A stretch of DNA of 64,000 nt, taken from contig OZ024741.1 in the NCBI GenBank assembly GCA_964016885.1, forward strand, positions 347,820,001-347,884,000, written 5' to 3'. Made by a program: the position numbers and the translations under genes. Positions 1 to 20,109 of this stretch are shown here, in pieces; position 1 is the first letter of the stretch; each line of letters starts with the position of its first letter. The stretch is from Eledone cirrhosa. Its lineage: Eukaryota. Below the pieces are notes generated by a model. The model was not told the origin of the DNA, made no database searches, and saw only the letters and a program-made list of their open reading frames with translations.

Positions 1-2
<2 letters not shown>

Positions 3-79
<77 letters not shown>

Positions 80-113
80 TAGATAGATAGATATACATAT
101 ATATACATATATA
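3..113. repeat. Compound microsatellite (TA)n-(GA)n-(GATA)n
   Basis: Direct reading. Many more (TA)n/(CA)n tracts occur throughout the window. Confidence 0.95.
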
Positions 114-331
114 TCGAATAAGAAAGCAGAGTAATTTCAGATGTTAAAGTCCTTTAATAATAATGCTGTGATACATATTTCAATGACAACAGTGACCACA
201 CGGTTCGGTGCGCCCGGTGCCGTAACATGATCAGACAGCTTGTTACATGATAAGGTTATATTTCCGAGGCAATCCATGAATGGACATGGGAACGAACACA
301 GCGTGTGCACTTGACTTCTTCGCCGATTCCG

Positions 332-2498
<2,167 letters not shown>

Positions 2499-3645
2499 CT
2501 ATGAAAGACGTAAAATAAGAAAATTATAAAGATTAACTTACTAACATTTCACTCCAACTAGTTAGTTTCTGAAAGGGAATAAACCTGGTTTCGGAATGGA
2601 ACACATGGAGAAGGCCTTTCGTCATCAGGAAGTCTGTTCTCAGCTAAGTTCCCAGGTGATGCGTGGGCACAGGGAACTTATACAAAAATAATTCAGTGGA
2701 TGGAAAAAGCAAGCGCGAGGAGTGTGCTGTTAAGAAGACAGTAGCTGAACTATTACTATGAACTATAGTAGCAGTTTAGGCAAATTTTTGCGCAACAAAA
2801 TTATTTGGAGATAATTATAAAGAATTAGTATATCTACCAACATATATATACAGATGCATACCTATGCTAGCAAATATATAGGTCTTGTCTTAGTAACTTT
2901 GTGGTTCAATGCAAGGAGATGCAGAACAATTATATGAAAGACGTAAAACAAGACATTTTATAAAAATTAACATACTTACTAAAATTTCACTCCAACTAAT
3001 TAGTTTCTGAAAGGGAATAAACATGGTTTCCGAATGGAACACATGGAGAAGGCCTTTCGTCATCAGCAAGTCTGTTCTCAGCTAAGTTCCCAGGCGATGC
3101 GTGGACACAGGGAACTTATACAAAAATAATTCAGTGGATGGAAAAAAGCAAGCGTGGACTAAATTCCAAGACATTGAAAAAATCACTGCCTACTTGGTCT
3201 GTGGCAAATTCAAAAGAATATCTCACGTGACATCGAGGTTAATCAGTGAGGAGTGGTGTGTTGAAAAGGCAGTAGCCGAACTATTACTATGAACTATAGT
3301 TTTATTTTTGAACTTATGCTATTACTTATGAACTTATACTATTTATTTTTGTATAAGTGCCCTGTGTCACGCATCGCCTGGGAACTTAGCTGAGAAAGGA
3401 CTTCCTGATGACAAAAGGCCTTCTCCATGTGTTCCATTCGGAAACCATGTTTATTCCTTTTCAGAAACTAATTAGTTGGAGTGAAATTTTAGTAAGTAAG
3501 TTAATTTTTATAATTTTCTTATTTTATGTCTTTCATATAATTGTTCTGCAACCCCTTGCATAAAACCACAAAGTTACTAAGACAAAACCTATATATTTGC
3601 TAGCATAGGTATGCATCTGTATATATATGTTGGTAGATATACTAA

Positions 3646-3696
<51 letters not shown>

Positions 3697-4586
3697 ATTA
3701 GTATATCTACCAACATATTGATACAGATGGATACTTACGCTAGCAAAGATATAGGTTTTGTCTTAGTAACCTTGTGGTTCAGTACAAAAAGATGTAAAAA
3801 AATTATATGAAAGACGAAAAATAAGAAAATTATAGTAATGAACTTACTTACTTAAATTTCACTCCAACTAATTAGTTTCTGAAAGGGGATATACATTGAC
3901 TTCAAATGGAGACCATGGAGAATCCTTTCTTCATCAGGGAGACATCCTGGCAATATGCGGACACATGGAACTTATACAAAAATAATTCAGTGGATGGAAA
4001 AAAAGCAAGCGCGGACTAAATTCCAAGACATTGAAAATTTCACTGCCTTCCTGGTCAGTGGCAAATTCAAAAGAATTTATCACGTGACATCGAGGTTAAT
4101 CAGTTAGGAGTGGGATGTTAAAATGACAGTAGCGAAACTAATACTATGAACCATAGTAGTAATTCAGGCAAATTTTTGCTCAACAAAATAATTTGGAGAT
4201 AATTATGAAGAATTAGTATATCTAGCAACATATTTATACAGATGTATACTTAGGCTAGCCCAGATATAGGTTTTGTCTTAGTAACTTTGTGGTTCAATAC
4301 AAAAAGATGTAGACAAATTATATAAAAGACGTAAAATAAGAAAATTATAGTAATGAACTTACTTAAATTTCACTCTAACTAATTAGTCTCAGAAAGAGGA
4401 TATACATAGTCTTCATTGGTCAGTCAATTGTAAACATTGAGGACCAAATGAATTAACGGTATAGATATAAAAGACATAGAAGCGAAAACCAACCAAACAG
4501 TGAGTGTGTCTGTTTTTAATTCTGGCAATATTATTACAACAATATGACCCCCCAAGTATAACAATATATATATATATATATATATA

Positions 4587-5016
4587 ATGTAGGAGGTGAG
4601 TTTTATTGTAGTACAATAAAGCAATGCAGATATCGGATAAGAAGCACTCTACAGTTTGTAGGACTGGAGTATACATAATATAAGATCAAAAGATGGTTAA
4701 AGGAGTTCCATGTATTTTATTATGCGCATTTCAAAAACAAACATCATCATGCAATAATATTTGTGTTTTCATCAGATAAAATAGGAGAACATAATATGAA
4801 GGCTAAAAAACACTTGTGGATAGTGCAGTTTTAAATCAACATATCATATATATGATATGTTGATTTAAAACTGCACTATCCACAAGTGTTTTTTAGCCTT
4901 CATATTATGTTCTCCTGTTTTATCTGATGAAAACACAAATATTATTGCATGATGATGTTTGTTTTTGAAATGCGCATAATAAAATACATGGAACTCCTTT
5001 AACCATCTTTTGATCT

Positions 5017-5025
<9 letters not shown>
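4587..5025. repeat. Near-perfect palindrome (centre 4849/4850, ~175 bp arms) of a PLE 3' end; left arm carries an extra ~90 bp tail
   Basis: 4677-4849 is the reverse complement of 4850-5025. The same sequence forms the 3' end of the PLE at 7120-9620 (9445-9620). Confidence 0.92.
4916..4986 (+). ncRNA. Type I hammerhead ribozyme with palindromic stem III (mirror copy on minus strand 4713-4783)
   Basis: UGUUUUAU-CUGAUGA-long stem II-GAAA-UGCGCA-UA|AUAAAAUA. Full conserved core and an 8-bp stem I. Confidence 0.88.
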
Positions 5026-5055
<30 letters not shown>

Positions 5056-5842
5056 ACGTAAAAGAAGAAAATTATAGTAATTATCTTACTTACTTAAATT
5101 TCACTCCAACTAATTAGTTTCTGAAAGGGGATATACATAGTTCCCAAATGGAGGCTATGGAGAATCCTTTCTTCATCAGGGAGACATTATCGGCTAAGAT
5201 TCCTGGGAATACGCGGACACACGGAACTTATACAAAAATAATTTAGTGGATGGAAAAAAGCAAGCGCGGACTAAATTCCAAGACATTGAAAATTTCACAG
5301 CCATCCTGGTCAGTGGCAAATTCAAAAGAATCAATCACGTGACATCGAGGTTAATTAGTGAGCAATAGGGTTTTAAAAAGACAGTAGCCAAACTAATAAT
5401 ATGAACCATAGTAATAATTCAGGCAAATTTTTGCTCAACAAAATAATTTGGAAATAATTATAAAGAATTAGTATATCTACCAACATATTTATACAGATGT
5501 ATACTTAGGCTAGCAAAGATATAGGTTTTGTCTTAGTAACTTTGTGATTCAATACAAAAAGATGTAGACAAATTATATAAAAGACGTAAAATAAGAAAAT
5601 TATAGTAATGAACTTACTTAAATTTCACTCCAAATAATTAGTTTCTGAAACGGTATATACATAGTCTTCATTGGTCAGTCAATGGTAAACATTTAGGACC
5701 AAATGAATTAACTATGTAGATATAAAAGATACAGAAGCGAAAACCAACCAAAAAGTGAGTGTGTCTGTTTTTAATTCTGGCAATATTATTACAACAATAT
5801 AACCCTCCCCAAGTATAACAATATAACAATATATATATATAT

Positions 5843-6412
5843 GGTGGCTGCCAACTCGTTTTCGAGTACGGCCACTACTTTATATCCATATAGGAGAACC
5901 CCTACCAATGCAGTGAACGAGTGTGACCTTTTAGTCCAGCCAGCGACTTGAAAACTCTGGTACAAACACTACACTTGTGACAAATATTGACACATAGTGC
6001 TGGGGCCATGGTACCCTGTGACGACAAGTGCAGAGAGATCTCCAGATATAAAGCAATGCCTGTGCCGTGAAGCTTTTATAGTGAGCAAAGGCACTGCACA
6101 AAGCCAGTCCCACTCTCTTAACCAAGATGATATTTACCAAAAAGAAGAACAAGTCAACATCATTGGATACCATCAGAGTTGCAGGTGTTATATCAGAGTT
6201 TTCCTTCTCCTAGAATTCTGCCTTGACAAAGGCTAATGGGTCATCTCTCCCGGTGATTTTGGATGGCCATTGACTCTTAAGAGCTCCTTTGCCCTTTGAC
6301 AGGTCTTGTTTTTAGTCCTGCAGGATGTCCAAAGTCACCCTCCTCACCAAGAAACCTTGGTGGGGTTGCCAGTTTAGTCGCCAACGACCCGACCATGGGA
6401 CAGGTTGTACTG
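5843..6412 (-). mobile_element. RTE-type LINE 5' UTR fragment
   Basis: GC-richer island with minus-strand GGAGAAGGAAAACTCTGA, a motif I associate with RTE 5' UTRs. A homologue lies in the opposite orientation at 62780-62960. Confidence 0.5.
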
Positions 6413-6980
6413 TATATATATAAGACGTATATATATATATAAGACGTATATATATATATAAGACGTAAAAGAAGAAAATTTTAGTAATTAACTTACTTAC
6501 TTAAATTTCACTCCAACTAATTAGTTTCTGGTAGATATACTAATTTCACTGCCTACCTTGGTAGATATACTAATTCTTTATCATTATCTCCAAATTATTT
6601 TATTGAGCAAAAATTTGCCTGAATTACTACTATGGTTCATATTATTAGTTTGGCTACTGTCATTTTAACACCCCACTCCTTATTAACATCGATGTCACGT
6701 GATTGATTCTTTTGAATTAGCCACTGATCAGGAAGGCAGTGAAATGTTCAATGTCTTGGAATTTAGTCCGCGCTTGCTTTTTTCCATCCACTGAATTATA
6801 TTTGTATAAGTTCCCTGTGTCCGCCTATTGCCAGGAATCTTAGCCGAGAATGTCTTCCTTGTGAAGAAAGGATTCTCCATGGTCTCCATTTGAAGACTAT
6901 GTATATCCCCTTTCAGAAACTAATTAGTTGGAGTGAAATTTAATTAAGTAAGTTAATTACTATAATTTTCTTCTTTTACG

Positions 6981-9620
<2,640 letters not shown>

Positions 9621-9894
9621 TATATATATATATATATATATTGTTATACTTGGGGAGGGTCATATTGTAGTAATAATATTGCCAGAAATAACAACAGAAC
9701 ACACACACTGTTTGGTTGGTTTTCGCTTCTGTATCTTTTATATCTACACAGTTAATTCATTCGGTTCTCAATGTTTACCATTGAATGACCAACGGTCAAA
9801 AGTACAGATATATAGATATAAACACATATATATAGTCTAGGAAAGTTCTTTCGTTGCACATCTGCAACACCATCAGTGGTACTATTACGTTACT

Positions 9895-10199
<305 letters not shown>

Positions 10200-10634
10200 T
10201 ATATATATATGTTTGTGTGTGTGTGTTCCTATATATCTAAAATTACTCTATTAATCTATTGATACATTTAGAGGGTGGAATAACGATTACGGATACGCAT
10301 TTGACGGACTTCGTTTCAAGCTTTATTTTTTACTTTATATATATCCTCTTTCTTTGTTCAAATGTTTGAAGGTTTTATGCATTTTTCATGAACACACGAA
10401 TGTAAATATATAAATGAGCTCACCAAATCGAATAAATATGTTACAATAAGATATTTGTGATCTTATTTATTTATCTTACATGTAAACCTTGTTTCCATAT
10501 ATATGTGTATATATCTATATTCTCCATTTTTATGTAAAGTCTTATAGTGTGGACTATAGCATTATTGTAGTGTTCAATATCCTTAATGACTATAACATTT
10601 CTCTCCTTAATTATGATGCCATAAAGTATATATA

Positions 10635-10707
<73 letters not shown>

Positions 10708-12867
10708 CAGCGATTGTTGATCTAGTGATCGTCTTAGTTCACAATGGAGGGATGATTTAGTATTCATAATGGAGAAAATGCTGGCATTGATTTTATTCTT
10801 TTGCAACATATGTGCAATGTCACATTAGAAAACGAAAAATCGCTAACCATCTTCAGGGACATAATGACGTTGCGCTCATTTGACGTACTTGTATATAAGT
10901 ATGTATTAGTTAGGTGGGAATCTCAAGAGTTATAAGTATGTCCGATAAGATTTTTTTATTTTATGAAACAGATATATGGCAACTGAGGTTGGAGATAAAA
11001 TTTCAGGATTATTAAGGGTGAACATGTAATGAGGAATAGCGTAAATTACGAGTGTGTGGATAGTTGTGTATGTAAGCGGTTAGTCAATTATGGATGTGGG
11101 AATATTCTCGAGCAGTATATTGTCGGTAGCGAATAATTAATAACAAATTGGAATGCGTGGAATAATGTATTTAATGAATATGGGAATTATGAAAAAAAAA
11201 AAAATCACAATTTATATATTTAAGACCAATGTAACTCAAAAGTTACAAATGTTCGTGAGTTAAAAATAAAAATGAAATAAATATTTCGATATATGAAAAA
11301 AAAAATTATTTTCAAGAAAAAGAAAAAAATTAAGAGTACAGTTGAAAGAGGTAGTGATAGAGAAATTTGAAGATTTACAGGAAAGTTGAAGTAAGATTAA
11401 TGTAGGAGATTCTAGATTCAAAAAGGGATTAACATTAGAAACGCTATTATAAATAAGTAAGGTTTGAGTGCCGGAGTTTACTCTAACGTTTCAAGTGGTG
11501 TAATGAACTGGATAGTTCAAATGGTGTGTGGTAATTCGTTAGGAAATGCATCCGGCAGACGTGAAATTTCGTTACAGAGCATGTCGTCGATGAGTAAGCT
11601 TAATGTGAAATTATGAAAATACATATTGATATAATATTTAGAAAATGTCCATTAATAAATAGAACATATATAAACGTATGGTTGCGGCATCATTTATGTC
11701 ACAATTTACGGCTCCATGGCCCATGCCCATGACATAGGATGTGATGATGTACACATATATGCTACTTTTGTGTTATGTATGCTCAGCTTGAGGAACTTAT
11801 CTAGGTTTGATTCATCACGTACCTAAACAGATATATACCTATATGTTGCGCCGAAGTCATATGTGAGTTAATTCATATGCGCACACACGTATTTCATGTC
11901 TACCCACACACACACGTCCAACAAGTAAGCTTATCTCCTCTATCGAGCACGTACAGACACGGTCACGCGTAGACTACAGAACACAGACAAAAGCCATGGT
12001 CTAACACGAATCGTGTCTTTATTAAATGCATAGCTTTTTAAAGAAAAACAAGATGCTCAAATATATACACATTTACACACACACATTTATTACTACCAAC
12101 CAGGGATATATATATTCCTTCCTGCAACTCGTCATTAATACTAAGCTCGTTTTAAAATTCAATTTTTCGAAATAGATGATTGAATAAGAAAGAAAGTAAT
12201 TAGGAGAGATGTGGTGACGAGTAAATGAATGTGACGTTAGGAAATTACATTTGCATAGAACCCCTACCATAATATGTATGACAAAAATAATGAATATAAA
12301 CATATAATACATATAAATATTTACTGTACAAAATACAGGCGGAAATAGACATGGATTTTTAATAGCTCATTAATCGAATGGATGTTCTGGATTATGTCAA
12401 TGTATCTATAGGAACGTTTTACGCTGGAACGTTAAGTATCGTTTCATCTAGTTATAGATATATATTATGTTGAGAGCAGGGGAACATAGTATGTCGTAAT
12501 AAAATACTTGCTGTTAGCAAATACGTGAAACATGTAAAATCTAAAGAATTCCTAAACGTATATTCTGAATTTAAGTTACCAGCAGCTTAAGTGTGCATAT
12601 AAAGATTTCATAAATACAAAAAACATATCAACTTCAGCTTACTTGGCCCAAAATCAATCCTCATTAGACAAACGGAAACCATTAATTCCCTTTACCTGAT
12701 TAAGGATATGTATTTTCTAGATACAAGAATTATAAAATATCGTGCAACGCACATGAATGAAAATTTAATGCTCAGCCATTTTATGTGGACTCTTGCATAC
12801 TACTGCAGATTTCTTTTATTTCTAAATGTTTTGTTTATAAATATAGTTTTATAGTACATACATACAT

Positions 12868-12923
<56 letters not shown>

Positions 12924-13011
12924 GCAGACAGAGACACAGACGGAGACACAGACAGAGACACACACACACATATATGTATATATATATATATGTATATATA
13001 TATACATACAT

Positions 13012-13100
<89 letters not shown>

Positions 13101-13102
13101 AA

Positions 13103-15191
13103 CAGTTCTGGTAATGAAAGACTGAATCAAGGGTGATGACGTTACCAACTATAGACTTATCACATGTCTGTCCGTAATGTGGAAACTGTTGACAAGCATT
13201 GTGTCTGGGGAAATCTACCATCACCTCCACACAAACAACTTGTTACCGGACGAACAGAAAGGATGCCGAAAGAAGTCACGTGGTACAAAGGACCAGTTAC
13301 TTATTGATAAGATGGTAAAGAGGAATTTCAAGAGGAGACACACTGGTCTTGCCATGGGTTGGATAGACTACAAAAAGGCATTTGACATGGTGCCTCATTC
13401 TTGGATTACCAAAAGCCTGGAGATCTTCAAGGTGGCAGATAACATCAGACAGTTGTTGGGCAAAAGTATGAAATCCTGGGAAACAGAGTTAACATCAACT
13501 GGAGAATCATTGGGAAGCGTGAAGATCAATAGAGGTATCTTCCATGGAGATAGTCTGGCCCCTCTGTTGTTGGTCCTTGCCCTGATGCCCCTGACCAGTG
13601 TACTGCGAAAAGTGAGAGCAGGATACAGGTTGGGAAAGGGAGGGCTTACCATCAATCACCTCCTCTTCATGGACGATCTTAAGCTCTTCGGGAAGAGTGA
13701 GAAGGAGTTGGATGTGCTTGTTGACACTGTCCGTATTTTCACCAATGATATATATATATGCAATTTGGTATTAGTAGGTGTGGAGTCATTGTGATGAAGA
13801 GGGGTAAGTTGAGCAGATGTAACGGAATCCAGGTACCAACGGGTGATATGATAAAGGAAATTGACTCTGAAGAAGGATACAAGTATTTGGGCGTTCTGGA
13901 GGCTGATGACATCAAGAACAAAAAAATGAAGGAATTGATAAGAACTGAATACATTCGGAGAGTAAGGAGCGTATTAAAGTCACATCTGAACAGTAGGAAT
14001 GCCATAAGTGCAGTAAATTCCCGAGCTGTGTCTATTATTAGGTACAGTGCGGGAATTCTGAGATGGAATGTTGCTGAACAGAAAGAAATGGATAGGAAGA
14101 CTAGGAAGCTATTGACTATCTACAACATGTTCCACAAGAGGAGTGATGTCGATAAACTCTACTTAAGTAGATCTGAGGGTGGAAGAGGTCTTATCAGCAT
14201 AGAGGACTGTGTTCAGATGAAGAAAAACAACTTACACAAATACGTGACTGATAGTAAGGAGCGAATGCTCAGAACTGTACTGAAGGAGGGGACAATAGGC
14301 CAGGGATGTCCAAGGAGGAAATAACATCAAGGTGAAAGAGCAGCCTTCAGGAAAAATCCCTTCATAGTACCTTCTTTGAGAAAACTGAATTTAGAGATCC
14401 ACAGACATGGAACTGGTTGCAAAGAGGAGACCTTAAAAAGGCTACAGAAGGAATGTTAATGGCTGCGCAGGAGCAGGCCCTCAAAACGAAGTGGTTGAAA
14501 CACCATATTTACAAGGAGGAGGCTAGCCCACTGTGCAGGATCTGTGGAGAGAGAGGAAACTGTGGCTCAAATTGTATCCGAGTGTAAACACCTAGCCCAG
14601 ACTCACTATAAGGGCTGGAGACATGATGTGATGGGCAGGGTGATCCACTGGCACCTATGCAAAGTAAACAATTTACCACATTCTGAGAAGTGGTAGGAGC
14701 ATAAGCCAGAAGCGGTGATAGAAAACGATCAGATGAAGGTGCTGTGGGATTTTAGGATACAGACGGACAAGAAACTAGAACACAATAATAGACCTGACCT
14801 GGTGGTTATGGACAAAGAAAAAAGATCGTGCCTGATTGTGGATGTGGCCTGCCTATTCGACACGAGAGTGCAAGAGAAGGAGAGGCAGAAAATTAACCGA
14901 TACCAGGACTTAAATTGGGAGGTAAAAAGGATTTGGAACTGCCATGAAGTCAAAGTGATCCCGATTGTCATAGGCGCCCTAGGGACTATCTCAAAAAGTT
15001 TCCAGGGATGGTGAAAGAAAAATTGGCCCCTTCACGCTTTTTGGAACGCTTCAATAGGCATGCTTGCTGGGAACAGCAATAATCCTCCGATACGTCCTGA
15101 ATATCTGAGGCTGAAGGTAGTGGTTTGATATTAATTTCAACAAACTTTTCAGTTAACTAACATCAATGACTGAGACTCAAAGAACAATAAT
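13103..15191 (+). mobile_element. 5'-truncated R4/Dong-like non-LTR retrotransposon (RT + CCHC + restriction-like endonuclease), frameshifted
   Basis: EQKGCRKKSRGTKDQLLID, WIDYKKAFDMVPH, GIFHGDSLAP, HLLFMDDLKL, GGRGL, CRICG..ET..C, RHD, WDFRIQTD..RPDLVV..IVDVAC..K..RYQDL. Preceded by (TAA)6 and ends in AATAATA. Confidence 0.88.
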
Positions 15192-15743
15192 ATTTATAAT
15201 TATATATACACTATATATAATTATAAACAGGAACGGTCAGTATTTTTTTAATACCACCTTAATACCAATATGAAAAATAGCTCAATGTAAACACATCAGA
15301 TGTCTTACAGCGCAAGAATATAAATTAAAGAATCATCAAAACTCTGTTCAAAACATTTAATTGCTGACAATCGTTTCTTCCAAATTTTCGTTTGGAATCA
15401 TCGGAGAATTAGCAAAGTTTAGACATATAATTAACCTCCTATTCCACAGAACAATCGTAAAGACACGTACATATTCCTGTTGTCACTAACGGTGTCATAT
15501 TTAAAGAGTGTAAGGCGATGAGGTTAGTATCATTGGATGCGACAAATATTATATAAGAATAATACAACAATTATAGAAGAATTAAAGAAGAAAGTTACTC
15601 GCAAAATGAGGATTTTAGCGGTACTTAAGCAAACGTATAGAAAGAGTGCGGAGGTATTATGCATGTACAGAGTAACATGGGGAAAACACGATCAATGGTA
15701 CTAGTATATATGTCACAGTATATATATATATATATATATATAT

Positions 15744-16825
<1,082 letters not shown>

Positions 16826-16837
16826 ATATATATATAT

Positions 16838-18086
16838 TTATTAAAATAACAGGTTAAAGTTTAAGCAAATAATCGCTGCTTTCACCCCTAACGGGATCTT
16901 CTGAAACAAAAAAAATCAATCTGTGAACGCAGAAGAAATATTTTGAAAAATGTTGCAACCGAAGGAAGACAGTTAGACGATACGTTGCTTTGTAGAAACG
17001 TTCCCTGGTAAAAAACAAAAAAAATCGAAGATATTACGTCGTTATTTGGAGCGCTGAAAACAATTACACGGAAAGACAAAACCACATCTATGGTATAAAT
17101 GAAGTCGTAGACTAATATTATATCAGGTGGTTAGCTGAGACGTTCTCTGGCAATAAACGAAAAAAACGAAGATAGATCGTCATTATGTGTAGCGGTGAGA
17201 ACAATTACACGCAAAGACAAAACCACGTTTATTGTATAACTGAAGTCGTAGATTAAAATACTATTTAGGAAACCGAATGATTCTCGGATTCAGAGTTAGA
17301 ATAATGTAAATAAATTACAGAGGTTATTGAAATCAACAATAATTAAATATATACATGCACGCATCCATATACGTACATAAACATGCATACGCGAAAACAC
17401 CCGCCATGAGTATGAAAGTACAGGCACGTACACAAAAACACGCGCGCACAAACAACCCACGAAACTCCTGTACGCATGCATGTATATATTTAATTATTGT
17501 TGATTTCAATAACCTCTGTAATTTATTTATATCATTCTTAAATCTGAAGCTGAGAATCATTCGGTTTCCTAAATAGTATTTTAGTCTACGACTTCAGTTA
17601 TACCATAAACGAGGTTTTGTCTTGGCGTGTAATTGTTCTCTCGTTCCACATATTGACGTATTATCTTCGTCTTTTCCGTTCATTGCCAGAGAACGTCTCC
17701 AAGAACCACCTGATATAATATTAGTCTACGACTTCATATATACCATAAACTTGGTTTTTTCTTTGCGTGTAATTGTTTTCACCACTCCAAATAACGACGT
17801 AATATATTCGTTTTTTCCCCGTTTTTTGTCAGGGAACGTTTCCACGAACCAAAGTATCGTCTTCTTGTCTTCCTTCGGTTGCAACATTTTTCGAAATATT
17901 TACTTCTGCGTTCAGAGATTGATTTTTTTAGTTTCAGAAGATCCCGTTAGGGGTGAAAGCACCGATTCTTTGCTTAAACTTTAATCTGGTATTTAATAAA
18001 TATTTGCTCTACGGTTCTTATATATTTGATATATATTTATCATTATGGTGCCCTCTTTGGATTTTAGTCTTCAAGTTTATTATTAT

Positions 18087-18091
<5 letters not shown>
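16838..18091. mobile_element. Head-to-head inverted pair of PLE pLTRs (~520 bp arms, ~120 bp spacer) with hammerheads at 16850-16923 (-) and 17915-17988 (+)
   Basis: Arms are reverse complements and match 405-960. (TA)n on both sides. Confidence 0.88.
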
Positions 18092-18130
<39 letters not shown>

Positions 18131-18136
<6 letters not shown>

Positions 18137-18539
18137 ATAGAGGTGTAACACCACGTGTTATGACATATTGGTAAACGGAAAAGAAAATGCTGACCAATTG
18201 TTCCCAGTGAAAAATAGTTTAATTAGGAATAAGTAATAATTAGGAATAGTATTGGTTAGTATTCAGTTTTGGTCTTAAGTTTTACCGGTTGCGCATTTCT
18301 AATGCTTTTCAAAAATAATTTGAGATAGAGCGCCCGTGATGTTGGCTCTAATCTGGGATTAGAGCCAACATCACGGGCGCTCTATCTCAAAATTATTTTT
18401 GAAAAGCATTAGAAATGCGCAACCGGTAAAACTTAAGACCAAAACTGAATACTAACCAATACTATTCCTAATTTTTACTTATTCCTAATTAAACTATTTT
18501 TCACTGGGAACAATTTGTCAGCATTTTCTTTTCCGTTTA

Positions 18540-18546
<7 letters not shown>
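18131..18546. repeat. Near-perfect palindrome (centre ~18355, ~190 bp arms) between (TA)n tracts
   Basis: 18165-18353 is the reverse complement of 18357-18546. The left arm has ~35 extra bp. Confidence 0.92.
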
Positions 18547-18576
<30 letters not shown>

Positions 18577-19044
18577 GGGGGGATTTATTTTTCTGTTGAT
18601 AATGGCTAGCATCTGAAACGTTAAGATACTGTCCCTGCTATTTGAAGCGGTAAACTAATATATTCCTTCCATATACTGTGCCGTTCAATATTCAGAACCT
18701 ATGATTAACAATTGAATGGTACGAGCTAAAGTATTAAGGATTGTCCCATTATATGAAATATAAGACCTATATAATGTACGAGAGATACGTAGATAAAATA
18801 ATATTCGGGTAATTAATGAACCCAAATACGAAAATACTGAGAAATAATAACGAAATATAGCAGAGAAAATTGAAAAAAAATTTAATATAAAAATTCAATT
18901 ATTTAGTTAATATTCCAGTCAATAATTTAAATAAAATTGAAAGAAAATGAAAAGAATAAGTGAAAGGTGACGAAATGAAAATAAAAATTAAAGATAAAGG
19001 TGATAGGAGGTGAGGAATTATAGTGAGTTGAGTGATATTCCAAT

Positions 19045-19628
<584 letters not shown>

Positions 19629-20109
19629 ATGTGTCTGTGTCTGTATCATGAATGCTGATGTTAAATTTCAGCTAAATATGACGATAACGCCGCAAGTCAT
19701 TTAAAAAGAAACGACACCTATAGAATGTTATTAATTCAATAAACAAAGTTACATATGAATAAGGAAAGATAAATACAATGACATTAGAGTAAAGCAAAAT
19801 GAAGTTGGTGTTTATTTAAGAAATTTATCGGTGTTTAATAGCTTCTCTTGTGTGTATATTTAACTCAATGTAGCATATTTAATTTCATTTACATACCCTG
19901 CGTAATATTGAATTTACCAAGTGATTAAGCTTGAAAACACACACACACGCAAAATCAAACAAACACACACACACATACACACACATATATATAAATATAC
20001 ATATATAAATTTATATGTATCTATATATATATATAAGTATGTAGATGTACATACATATATGTATATAGACGTACAGTAGTATGTATATATATACATACAT
20101 GCACACATA

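Noticed and set aside
4591-4600. AG|GTGAGT splice-donor-like motif (also 7097-7104)
   Set aside because: It is the reverse complement of the PLE terminus AATAAAACTCACCTCC. No exon context.
10880-12560. Strand-biased unique region possibly from an old retroelement
   Set aside because: I could not read a convincing peptide motif in any frame.
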